Below the pieces are notes generated by a model, which saw only the letters and a program-made list of their open reading frames with translations, searched no databases and was not told the DNA's origin. A program made the translations under genes and the position numbers. A stretch of DNA of 60,000 nucleotides, from the NCBI GenBank assembly GCA_051294905.1, contig CM119371.1, positions 35,652,001-35,712,000 of the forward strand, in the 5' to 3' direction. This document shows positions 1 to 12,300 of this stretch, piece after piece. Within the stretch, counting starts at the first letter, position 1. Every line of letters starts with the position of its first letter. The DNA comes from Botryllus schlosseri. Lineage: Eukaryota.

Positions 1-440
1 TGCTACCTAGTCAACAAAAAGATTTTCAGACGTCGTGTACTGAGATGTACCGGTATCTGAAATATACATCAGTGAACCCATGACATACCACGATTATATG
101 TACCTGCTTAACCCAGTTTCCAACCAATGTACTCTGTACAGGTTAAAATGAATCAGACAAGGTATATTTTTAATAAATCCACCTGTAGACATACAATGAC
201 TGAGAGTTTCGCGGTATCGGTACTGCCGGAGCTGGTTGGCCTTTGGTAATTACCAAGTACCGGTACTGCTTACAGTAGAATGCGCTCTTGCAGTTAAGCT
301 TCAAGTTTTAAAATGGCCTCAAATCAGTCTAAGTTCAATGAGGAAACAATTATAGATGCCAAAACACGCAATACCCGGACAAACTATTGCGGTGACATAG
401 AGCTAACGATCAGTAACTGCTGACCACGTGACCAGTCGCT

Positions 441-1054
441 CGCAACTCGCGACAAAGTTGAAAATTTTCAACTTTGTCGCGGAGTTGCGCAACCCTGTCG
501 CAGACGGCATGTTGCGAGTTGCCGGCGACTGGTTCTATACCAATACCGAGAAAACCATTACCGAGAATGGACGTTACCGAGAATGCCATTACCGAGAATG
601 GACATTACCGAGAACGGACATTACCGAGAATGGTCATTCCGAGAATGGACACCACCGAGAATGGACATTACCGAGAATGGCCAATGTCAAGAATATAGCT
701 TACTGGGACTGACGTTGCCGAGAAATGTATACCTGAGCATCGATACCCAATGTGGCAACGCCGTGATGCACTCACACGACCTGTGCATATGCATAACATG
801 CCTGCATTGCATATATTGCATTCTCGGTAATGTCCATTCTCTGTGGTGTCCATTCTCGGTAATGTCCATTCTCTGTGGTGTCCATTCTCGGTAATGTCCA
901 TTCTCGGTGGTGTCCATTCTCGGTAATGGCATTCTCGGTAATGGTTTTCTCGGTATTGTCCGGACACCCCGGCGACTCCGGTCTGCATGGTCCAGTCGCA
1001 GACAGGCGCGATTCTCTCGTTTTATCGGGTCGCGAGCTCAGTGTGCAGAGGCCT
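441..1054. mobile_element. Partial palindromic MITE, possibly PIF/Harbinger-like, interrupted by the Mutator-like MITE
   Basis: Near-perfect hairpin 441-489 centred on GCGACAAAGTTGAAAA/TTTTCAACTTTGTCGC. Right end CAGTGTGCAGAGGCC followed by TTTA. Left terminus not found. Confidence 0.45.
531..968. mobile_element. Mutator (MULE)-like MITE with arms of tandem 15-bp units
   Basis: 9-bp direct repeat CCGGCGACT at 522-530 and 969-977. The left arm is (ATTACCGAGAATGGA/C)n and the right arm is its reverse complement. Confidence 0.8.
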
Positions 1055-1934
1055 TTAGCGGGAGATCGCGTCGCGTTACATTGTGCGATATGCGTTCACA
1101 CTGCACACTGCACAGAAGAACCTCGCTAATTGGTCGCGGTCGCGCGTAGCACTGATAATACGACTTGTTGAATTACAACTGAATATTAGGATCAGAATGG
1201 TCATTCCAAAAGGACGGGGTTTTGCGTTTCAAAAGGAAAATAAATAACATACTATATGACTTGAACTAGGACTCGAGTCTTAACACGATGACTCAAGTCT
1301 TCACACGATGACTCGGACACGGTCCGTTGCTCCTTGACTTAAGCACGTACCAGACTCGGTGGTGAATACAAAATGATTCGACTTGAGTCGAGTCAAAACT
1401 ACAACACTGGTCAACACATATTCTTAGCAGACAAAGTAAGAGTGGTTTTAGGGGTTCTGAGGGGCACTGATTCCGAATATGACCTAAGTTTTTTCAAATT
1501 GGCTCTTGTTTTGGAGGTAACCCACGGGGCTATTTTGACAAAAATATCCCATTTTCACTGTAATGGCTTGATAGAAAAACGACTCAGTCGTACTATAAAG
1601 TTTAGAAATTCAATCTACTTGTTATTTTTACACAGAGAAGACTCTCTTTTAAATCAAAATACAGCAACAGCACTATATTTAGGGGTGTTAGATTGATCTT
1701 AGTTATAGACTTTCACGGATATCTTGTACGTAAATAAACTCCAGTCATGTATATAAGTATTTACCTAGATATTCAAATAAAGTGGCATTAATTCAATCAG
1801 TTTTACGTCAACCACCTATTGTAAATTTGAAATAATCAATTGAAATATAATATTATTCATTTATTTTGAAGCACAATTGTTTTTTTTACGATTTTCGCCT
1901 GTAAGCAATTTAGTGCGGTTTCTCGAAAGTTTCC

Positions 1935-3226
1935 AGCAATGGTCTGCCCTAATCAACGAATTACTTCTACTTTTTGGAAGTACTCAAGTAGTTTTCCTCT
2001 ACTTCTAGAACTTGCTCAAGTAGATCTGATTTTCTCTACTTCTACTTCTACTTCGTAATATTTTGTGATCTACTTACTTACTTTCGCTATTTTTTCATTT
2101 TTCAAGTAGAAGTAGTTTAATCCCCGAATACGAAAGATAGCATGAGGAATTTCCGGGCTGTTTTCACAGAGTACCAACATTTATTATTCATAAAAGTCAA
2201 GTAAAGCCCAGATATTTTGTTGCGCTTCACGCACAGTAGTTATGAAGTGACAAATATGTTTTCATGCAAGTATCAGTGAATATTATTTATAGGCGCCGGA
2301 TTGCTTGATTCCGCTCACACCGCATTGTCACCCATATCAAATATTTAATCACAGTAAATAAGGCCCACCATAAGATTTGAAACTACCGTTTCGCAATCTA
2401 GCAATTACCTATCATACCGTAATCTAGCAGCCCATGACTTGTCCTGCTAATCTGAAAAATCCATCTTTTTTGAACGTTACACCTGTTTTAGCAGATCACC
2501 TTCGAAGCTTTATGGAGAAAAGACATGAAATACATTTTCCGCTTTTTAGAAGTGGTATTTATATTTCACTTTCAATTCCGAGTATCATACTTTGAGTTCT
2601 AATTACTTTCGGTTCTTTTGACTGCAGAACATACATGTTGAAGAATAATAGCAAGTGTAGTAATGCCTCTATTTTCCGGAAATGATGCTACGGTACACTA
2701 AATATAAATTTTACGATCTACAATATTTGTTATTAACGTATACTAATCGCGCAAAGTGTTGAAACCGTATCCGACACAACTTCTCCGTATTGTTCTTCGC
2801 CTAAACTTGGGGCCTTATAATATGGGGTAGGACACCATGGCATGATATTCCCTGAAACGGGATCTTCTAGTAAACAAAGGGTTAGTGTCGCATTTTCATA
2901 TCAATACTATCATTTGCATTTCATGATGCGAAAGAATGCTTATTCTGTTGAAAATTGATACCTCCTGGGATGCATCAATATGAATCAAGCTCGGCACCTT
3001 TTGCATAGCTCAATTCGCAGCTTTTGACAGTCCATGCGAACGAATTACGGCCGTTCACAAATACTTACTTACTTGAGTAGATTTAAAGTCAGTCAACTCT
3101 ACTTCTACTTCAAGTAGTTTAAGGTTGCATATGGAAGAAGTACTTCTATTTGTACTTGAGTAGATTTTTTCTTCGCCACCTCTACTTCTACTTGAGTAGC
3201 TTTCTTGACTACTTTGACGACCTCTG
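1935..3226. mobile_element. AGTAGA/TACTT-repeat MITE (hAT-like) nested in the Chapaev element
   Basis: Right end GACGACCTCTG matches the family TIR seen intact at 23678-23939. Both ends carry (TACTTC)n-like subterminal motifs; the left TIR is degraded. Confidence 0.6.
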
Positions 3227-3421
3227 GCCCTAATATCTTTCTTTTGTTGTTTTGATGTGTTGGTGGAACCTCTCCCCTTACTAATCAACAAGATCTTCAG
3301 GAAATATATCAAGATGATTGAACTGGAAGTGAACTTTTTTACTCATGTTTGCTCCAAGTTCTCCATATGCAGATACGAATTTTCGGACCAACTGTTTGTA
3401 GTTGGGTGCTTCGTGATCATC
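3227..3421 (-). pseudogene. Chapaev-type transposase C-terminal remnant
   Basis: Minus strand reads DHEAPNYKQLVRKFVSAYGELGANMSKKVHFQFNHLDIFPEDLVD**GERFHQHIKTTKERY*G, matching the recalled Chapaev motif GxNMSxKxHFxxxHLDxFPExLG...GERFHQxI...RYQG. In-frame stops are present. Confidence 0.8.
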
Positions 3422-4869
3422 TAAAACGTTTTATTTACTACATCTTAGGATAAATTTCTTGCAGTGAACTCCTTCCTAAAATGAAATTGGAATCCTTCAT
3501 CCGTGTTCAAATCTGAAATCTATCAAATATATCAGATTTAAGCTTCTGGTTTGATAGGGATACTGTAGGTAGCCTATACCCACTTTGTTGACTCGGGGAA
3601 AATTATCCATTTACAAGTCAAAAGAAATGAGACCCATATAAGTATTGTAGTTAAGCTTTTAAACGACAAATTTTATAGCTTTATACTCCTCTTTAATCTT
3701 GGTATAATGACCAATTGATACAGAAGAATATGAATTGCCGTTGTGCAAAATTACAATTTTTAATCTTTACAAACTGCTTTTTTGACAAAGAAATATTCCG
3801 TACCAGGTCATGTTATTATTGATAGAATGACTGAGAACAACATGAGGGTTCTTCATTGTCAATTATCTATTAATGCGCAGTATAAAATTAGAAAGAAAAA
3901 AACACGATTTTCTTTCTATCAAGTGAAATATTCCGGGGTAAATAATACAGTAATTTTGGGCTTTTAAGGGGTATAAATGTCTTATGAACAAGAGCCAATC
4001 AGGCAAGACTGATGTGATATTCGTAATCAGCAACCTCGAAAACCCCAGAAACGGCTCTCAGATGTTCTGCTAAAACCGTTTTTTTCACTTTGTTGACCAG
4101 TGTGATAGAACAATTGATTTGTGACTCGAAACCTCGTAACTTGCTTACAACTCTGCTACTTAACTAAAGTGGTTTTGCTTTTTCACTGTACTTGCACCTC
4201 TACTTGACAGTTTTTTAGGCATATATTCTTTTTTTGTATGCTTTGGATTTTGAAAGGTGAACTGTTTGGGGACATGTTTGTGTCACTTTCATTAGTGGAA
4301 TAGTCATTACATCTGTGTTACTTTTCGCGTTGACGGCGCTGTAGCCTTGTCAGCATTGATGAAGGCTCAAGCTTATTTACAGGCACATGGTATTAATCCG
4401 AATAGAATTAGTGATCCTATAACATGCACTATTGCGCATGCGCACATATATAGGTCTATATATATGGAGCTTACCTCTGAGATACGCAAGTTTATGCCTC
4501 ACGAATTTGTATTGATCTTCAGTGGATGATTGGTCGCGTGATTCAAGTCTGTAGTCACCTATAGAAATAGTCGGTATGTGATTGCTATTTACGGCCGATT
4601 GATCGGAACTAGTCATTTGGTTCCGAGCCTGGGTCTTCGAAGTCTTGCATCTGGTATGCAAAGCGGAACCAATTGTATTGACAACTTACAGCGCATCGCA
4701 CGTCTGTCCGGCGGCTCTTCCGTTGAATCATCGTTGCGAAGTTTCCTATATCTTCTCATACCTCCGTTCATTTATCGGATGACGTTACATATACAGGTAT
4801 ACACCCATTTCTTGACAGAAAGTTAAAACATTAGAATGCTTCACAAGGTATTGAACCATTCCCATAGAC

Positions 4870-6037
4870 CAGGGGTGGGCAAACTTTTGAGCTCGCGGGC
4901 CGCATTCAACATCTGAATCCATTCGCGGGCCGCACTAAATAAAATTGGGATTATAAACCAAAACGCAATATTGATATTTGATTCTATAGTGCGGATATGG
5001 AAATAATATATATGCTTATTTAAAACAAACCAAACATTGCTTTGATGATATCGTACAGTGGCGAGATTTAATAGGCTGGTCGAGACCTCAATAACAATTT
5101 GTCAAAACTATAGAGATGAAAGTCGGTTGTCCCGATTCTTAGAACAGGATTGAAATTTATATCTGTGAGCAGCGATGTGTTCATAGATTTACTAATTCCA
5201 CTTTTGGTTCAGTTCCAGGACACACAATTCTGACAGCACATAACCTTGTTAGCTTCAAACACGCTTCTTCCTTCTACTATGTGTAGATCAAATATAAATA
5301 CCCCAAATTCTACGCATACAGAGAACGAATCTACGTAAGACACGCGCGAATCGGTTTTTATAAGCACATCACTGACATAATTAAAACTGGAGTGGTTAAT
5401 CTGAAATCACACTCGTGATCCGAATTATGTCAATCTCGTTTAGGATTCCTGTGATGTTTAGCAGTTGAAACATTTTAAACTGCGTATGGGCCTTGAGATC
5501 GGGCTGTCACGTCAGAAATCAAACATAAAAAATAATATAGGAGTATTAACCTTAGAACAGTGTTTCTCAAACTTTTTAAGACACGCCCCCCTTTATGATG
5601 ATGGTGAAGGATTTCGACCCCCCTTATCGCCATATCACAAAACGCCACCAGGATGCTAGCAAACCTAACGGATAGTTTGATGGCCTGGAAGGTTACCACT
5701 GGGGATGAGAGATTTTTGAATTCGAAATTCAGACTAAATACAGAGCATCAATTATGAATTGGATGTAAATCGCGCAGAGCGCGAAAAAAATTTTCAGTTG
5801 AGCTCAGCTTCGCGCCCCCTTCAGATGCCTTCACGCCCCCAGTTTGAGACTCACTGCCTTAGAATTATCATGGTGAAATATACTATAAGAACAAGTTAAA
5901 TCAAGTCCCTGCATTAATTCGATTTTCCGTACGCATTTTATCAATATTTTTAATAATTTGCTTTAGACTCTCGCGGGCCGCACAGAACGGTGTTGCGGGC
6001 CGCATGCGGCCCGCGGGACGTAGTTTGCCCACCCCTG
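4870..6037 (-). mobile_element. Non-autonomous hAT (Charlie/SPIN-like) element
   Basis: TIR CAGGGGTGGGCAAAC / GTTTGCCCACCCCTG, perfect 8-bp TSD CCATAGAC, GCGGGCCGC subterminal motifs. The minus strand near 5095-5200 reads SKSMNTSLLTDINFNPVLRIGTTDFHLYSFDKLL, resembling a hAT C-terminus. Confidence 0.9.
5558..5856. mobile_element. hAT MITE nested in the 4870-6037 element
   Basis: TIR CAGTGTTTCTCAAAC / GTTTGAGACTCACTG, perfect 8-bp TSD CCTTAGAA. Confidence 0.9.
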
Positions 6038-9000
6038 CCATAGACAGTCTTTTCATAAAGATATAAGATGTCGTGGACTGTATGTCTTTAGTGCTTCTGT
6101 GATGCACTTATATTTAGCTTTTTATTATAATATACCTTACCATCTTTTTATAGAGGGCATTTGAGATCGTTTCGAGTGGTTCTATAGCACCGTGAGTCGG
6201 AGTAGCGAGTATTTAACCCCTAGCTCCATCCAATTATGTTTTCTCGATTTCGACTGCAACTCCGGCTCAAAATAAGAGAAAAATTACCGAATAACCGACT
6301 CTAAAGCATTGGCATTAACATACATAATACCAGAGAGTACTGTGGCCGACATCGAAAAATTTCGCGTCCAGACTTTTATTATCGTACTGATTTTAGGGAA
6401 TATTATTTTTGCGTGTCGAAATTGTTAAACTTCTGTCCCAGATGCATAATTGCAGAATCCCTGATAGGCTACAATGGAATTGAACAACAATTGAATATTG
6501 GCTGATTACCTCTATTGCTATCAAATTGTTCTCTTTCCCTTACTAATATTTTTATTATGTTGGCATTCGTCTCAATTACATTACTAATTTCCTAGTCGCA
6601 GTCACTGAAGTTCGCGTAGGCCTATACGACGCGTAGTGCACACAACACATCCTTTCTTTATTTCTGTATTGCTGCTCTCAACACAAGAACAAGTGCTACA
6701 TGAAGGTAAATGAAATCCTATTCTAGAATTCCTGATGCATGTAATGCTATGTGATGATTATTGACATGCACGCAATTGCGTATACTCCTGTGATAGGTCA
6801 AGGCAGGTGAGGCATTCAAATTCACGATAATCTGCAATCGCATGGGCAACAAGATTACTTGAAATTTTAAGTCTTTTAATAACTGTTGGCTGATGGAATA
6901 TCGATTTTGTGATTATCGAACACGGACACGGGGCCAAAGCATAACGCTACATTGAGTGAACAGTTGTGAGCTGTCAAGCATCATGTTCCCGTCAATTTCA
7001 AATTGATCAATGAGTGACAAGACGCATGTATATTTGTCATTAGAGCGCGAGACTTTTCTTGCTGAATAATTTGGATGGTTTAGGAAATCGGTGCAGGTAA
7101 TACTTATTAGGAATTATTGGTAATTTGTGAATAAAAAAGTACCGCATCGGCACGTAATTTTGACCACTCGTCACTTGGCAATAAGATTGGTTGTAACAAA
7201 TCAGGGAACGACTATATATCAATGAACGGGATAGCAAAACTGGTCGTGGAAATAAGTTACGAGGCCAATGGTGTCTGTGCTAATGTAACTAACGATTTCA
7301 TATCATGAATTTTTTTCCAAGAGCACTAGTACGGTGCTATAAAATATCGTACCGTATTGGCATAATTGCTGACATTCTCCAATACAACAAAGAAAAGTCT
7401 GTTTGTTTGAGGTATTCATGATGTTTGTCGACTACTATCGTCATTTACACCAGGCCGATATTCTTCATTTTCATTTCGTAGCTTCCGACTTTTAGAACAA
7501 AAGCCTGTATTGCGTTTCATAATAACGATAGTGATGTTTTCTTCATGTGCTTTATTTTTATGTGGGTTTGTGTTAGCGTCCGGATAAATACATTGCTAAT
7601 TAATGAAAAATATATGAAGCTGAGTAGTTATAAATTAGTCAACTTCATTCAAATATCCTTGTTAAAATGATGGTGACATGATTCGCTAATGAAATAATTT
7701 CCACGTTGAGATCGACAAAACGAAGTAATAAGCATAAATTTGCTAAGTGCTGATGGTCAATATCTGGGAGCATGTATTATTGTGCCAATGAAGCCGTTTC
7801 CTTCACAACGTATTATGATATTTGCTTTTCACAACTCACAGACGCATGACAAACAAACTACGACTGATGAGGGGCTCTTTTCTGTGCGACTTTACTGCGG
7901 AGTCACTTTGTCCTTCAGATATATCTTCGTAATGAGCCAAGGCCACCTAACCATCGGTGTACGGCGAATGCCATGTAATAATTTAGTTTAGAATCAAGAC
8001 AGATATTCCCCCTATCAGATATTATCATTCTGTATTTTGAAACCACGTCATATCATTCTCGGAATTTAAATATGAGCCTCTCATTCACTTGATCGAGCCC
8101 AGTGTCAATGCATTTTACTAAACTTTGAAAAGAAGATATCTGATGTCATATTGGAAAAGCCCTGCCCAGTTATTATGACAATTTCAAACAAAAAGTCTAC
8201 TTGAAATACTCGAAAACTACTCTATGTTCTACGAAATTAAAGAGTAGGAAGTATATAGTTTTGGAAATTGCAAATAGTGGAAAAACATATAAACTCTTTA
8301 TTAAGTATAGTGAAAGTAGGCAAAAAATACTTGAGTACCCCCCAAAATACGGAGTACTTCGTGGCTGACCATCTCTGGCTCAAACATGGCTCCGACAACC
8401 AGGACCAAATGAACCTTGGAAGTTACCTGCGTTTGGAACCGCACACAATTAACCGATATCATAGACGCTAGGGCTAGAACATAGAGTTTGACATATCGCG
8501 AGCAGTAGCCTAATTGTCGGTTGCGACTTCCCGACCTAAGCTGTCTGCTCTGACACGCTGTGGTAGGAAATCAGTTCATCATCGTCATTGATTAGTATTA
8601 ATAACGTAGCAGGCACAATCTTGATATTGTAGGGTATTACAGCACGATAATTCGCGTGTCCGCCACTTGTCTCACCAGTGCCAGATGATCTCAGAACAAT
8701 AAAGCATCCGAACATTTGATAAATATATTCCTGGTTTTTCCAGGATGTTGCTTCTCCTGATAAAGGTACATAATTTCGAAACTGATTCGTGACCTTTAAG
8801 GGAGCTCATTACGCGCTTATTGGTACTTAATTATCACGTAATTCCGTCAATTACTAAGAGATCTTTGTTTTGAACACTGGCAGCATTCCTAAGTGATTAT
8901 ATTGAAGCATTAAGCATAAGTGCTACAAGTAATACCACGTCATTGTGACACAAATGGTGATCTATGTATAGCTACAATTATTGACCGAAAAGAGCAGTTG

Positions 9001-9312
9001 ACAGTAATGGTAGGTCGAGTTTATCAATTGGTGAGAGAAATAGTTTACAACAAACTATATATATTCTGTCACAAAATCTCCCCGTAAGGCGATACCGTTT
9101 GCGGGTACAAAGGTGCGAGCCGCTTCGACTTGTTGTCCTTTTGAAAGCACGGAGCAATTTCGGACCTTGGTTCGAATATACAAATTGCTCTGATCAGACG
9201 TTTCGCCTAGGGTTGCTATTTCAGGCAAAACTTTCCTCGGATAATGTGATTTGCGTGGAAAATAACATCACTGTTTTGTGTTTTTTTTCAATAGAAACAC
9301 TTTCCCAGCAGG

Positions 9313-9376
9313 ATGAAGGTCTTGAGGTTGTCTGTAATAGTCATCTTTTTGATCGTCATCATCGTTCAAGATTCAG
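9313..9376 (+). CDS. Gene 1 coding exon 1: signal peptide
   Basis: MKVLRLSVIVIFLIVIIVQDS+G, donor GTACGT. Homologous to 17694-17751. Confidence 0.85.
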
Positions 9377-12300
9377 GTACGTTGACCTAGAGACTTATAG
9401 AAATGCATAGGCATAACTTGCGCTCCCGACCAGAAACGAGCACCACTGAATCGAGCTGACCCTCTTGCTCAGTTTTGTTGTGATCACGGGTGATAGCCTT
9501 TCCCGTAGTAAAGAGCAGGCGTGGGCAAAATAGATTACCTGTCTGTTTCGCCGCCAAGCATATCCAAATTTTCGCGTACCACCGACTCGCTGAGTTAGAT
9601 TGTGTACTCTTTACGCGAGCGCAAGGACAATAATGTAAGTTACACTTAGAGAAATATATATTTCTTTATTGCTACCCGGAACTATGACGTACAGCTATAC
9701 TATGTGAAAATGCTCTGGCGTGATCGCTACACTAAATGTCGTGCCTGCGCGAATATACGTGGCGCGAATATACGTGTTAACTTTGGGGTTATAAAGTTGC
9801 ATGCTTAACCGCCATTTCCCATTTCCCCGCATACTTAAATATAGGACAACATCCAAAACGTTGCCAATATCTTCCTAAAATTATGTCCAGCAATACTCAA
9901 TTTAGAGTTCTGGTAGAGTATATTATACTTGATGCCGCACTTTTTACGCACGTTTGTAACTGCAACTACATTACAATGACAACCCGATCGCGATAGTGTG
10001 CGATCCACAATTTTACCAATTCTGCGGGTGTTGCATAAGTTTGCGCAAGTGTATGTCTAGCTATTTCGCTACAATTTCAATAATTGAACGAGAGACCAGT
10101 GTTTTACCGGAGCTACAATAGTAGATCCAAAAATATAGCCTAATTAGTGCACTTCAAGCCAAGTCTCGGCTACTCTGCTAAAACCTAAGGGCGAGTGTTT
10201 CAAACAGAAATCATGTCGCCAAGGAAACCTAATAGCACGACCCGACAGAAATAATTACTTGCCAATAACCCCGTCCACTTTGCGATTATCAAAATGATTC
10301 TTCGTAGCTACATTGAACACGAGACGCGTTGTCTGGCTTTTGTTACAATGCCACTTGCAGACTCTGAAGCGAATCCATCCTTATGCTGACTTCAGACCTG
10401 CTTAAAAGATTAGCACGGACCTCATAACCGATCAGCCCTGTTGTTGTGGTATCTGGTGGTTAGAACATGGTTTCAGATAACAGTAATGCTATCAAATTTT
10501 CTTCGTCACAGAATCTACCAGGAGGGGAAGTTCAGCAAATGATGGACATGAAGTAAGCTATTCGTATTTCTCTCTCTCTATTTATAAACATTTGCAATGA
10601 TATTGTGATCCAAACTGTTTAGTTTTCAAGTTTGGATTCCTTAGCAATCAGAAGTGGTGAAAGCAGTCAGCACTTCTCTTGAAGTCGAAGTAGGAGGGAT
10701 ACCGTGAATTTTACTCATTGTAAAGTAGAAGTAACAATATCCAAGACACGCGACAAAACTACTTCAAGTGGAAGTCGAAAATGATGGGCACGAAAAGTAT
10801 TCACAGATGGTCTTTCCGAAAGTAGATTGGGTCGAGACGTCACGTTCTTTCAGTAGCCAATCACAGGAGGGTACTATCGAAATTGTAGGTTGCATCCCAA
10901 CGACTGAAGCGCAAGGACCAACGGCACCGCAAATATAGCAACACTTTACGAATATATATTCGTTTACTGTGATACATGTTTACTTAGCAGGTTGTTGATA
11001 GTTTCTCTCGTAAAAGTGGTGCAAACTTTTCCTTATACCAATTTATATCTTACAAAGTCAATGGCATTAAAAGTAATTGGGTGTGCCTTCATCTCTCCAC
11101 AAATGACAAATTAAAGAAAAATTGTTAACTATACTTGTGCAAGTTGGCAAAATCACTTGAGCGCTCCAGGAAAGTTTTTCGAAACTGACAACCTATGTCA
11201 GCAACTTTACTCACCGAAACTTATGTGCATATGCTGAAACCTCTGTATCACGAAATAGGGAAAGAGGCCGAAAGGGTTTTCCGGAAAAGGTTCTTCGAAA
11301 CTGTCTGGCATCCTAGAGTACCTGAAGAAAATTCGCAATAAGTTTGGACAGCATCGAGGTAAGTATTTAAACGTACCTTGGCACATAACGGTGCGAAGTT
11401 CTCGTGCGTTGTTGTTGTTGTTGTTTACGTACACGAGGCCGATATTCTGTTTATTATGATTCCGTATCTGTCGACTTGTAGCACGACCCACTTCTCGTGT
11501 GTACTGCTACAGTTTCAATGTAATTAGTCTATGAAGGTATAGCAGTTGTATCATGACAGTAGAGAAGACTTATGATAAGTCTAGCGGACAGTGTAAAATG
11601 AAGGTTGAAATGCAATTTTAAAATTCAGATAAGAAAACTGGCACTGGACCAGGGTGGAAGAGACGTCCATGGTGGAATAGATGGAACAGACCTACTGGTT
11701 ATCCCTGGTATCGAGTATGTGTCAATATCTGTCTTCCTGTGGAAATCATGAAGAGTCACATGATTGATAATAGCCTGAATATAAGAGGCCTATATATAGT
11801 AAACATGTAAGCATACGACACTTGAACACGTAGGGTGGAGTAAGGAATAGGGTTATAGTTTTACCGCTACCACCATGGGCTACTACATGTTCATATGTTG
11901 TGATCAATGTAGTCAGCGTTTGTACTCAACTAGACGTACAGATGTAAAGAGCTATATTACTACTGAATTATAAGTGAAAGTTGGGATTTACGAGACGTGT
12001 AAAAACAACTTGAATTGGAAGTAGAATATAGAATATCTGAAACTAAGAGAGTACAAAATGGAAGTAACAAAGTAAGCATATTCGCATATTGTGTATGTTA
12101 ATCGCCTACGTTCGGAATTGTCAGAAACCTCTTCCGACTAACAATAAATGACTAATGATGCTATAAATAGGTACAATGTTGTAAATATATTTTCAGAGGT
12201 TACTGTGGTGGTTATTTCACGAGGTTCTTATGAAGATATCACACATAAAGGGGATGTAAACTTTTCCCAATACTACTCTTACTATTCAAAATTAAAAAGG

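Larger units (their letters stand above)
1405..4102 (-). mobile_element. Decayed Chapaev3-like (CMC superfamily) DNA transposon
   Basis: TIRs CACTGGTCAACA (1405) and TGTTGACCAGTG (ends 4102), with an internal transposase remnant. Inserted inside a GACTCGAGTC-family MITE whose halves lie at about 1255-1404 and 4103-4155. Confidence 0.75.

Noticed and set aside
1..190. Possible small minus-strand exons at the window start
   Set aside because: Splice-like signals exist but there is no recognisable protein and the context is truncated.
428..1149. Overlapping ORFs with ITENGH / YREWT / LPRMD repeats, and a CRISPR-like look
   Set aside because: They arise from 15-bp tandem units in inverted MITE arms bounded by a 9-bp TSD. 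There are no unique spacers or cas genes and the DNA is eukaryotic.
10512..11270. RR...E-GKR as a neuropeptide-style amidation cassette in gene 1
   Set aside because: KR is followed by Pro, which normally blocks convertase cleavage, and the motif is absent from gene 2.
12197..12259. Candidate terminal exon RLLWWLFHEVLMKISHIKGM after TTTCAG
   Set aside because: It lies inside an AGTAGA-family MITE relic (same sequence near 14150-14230) and has no counterpart in gene 2.
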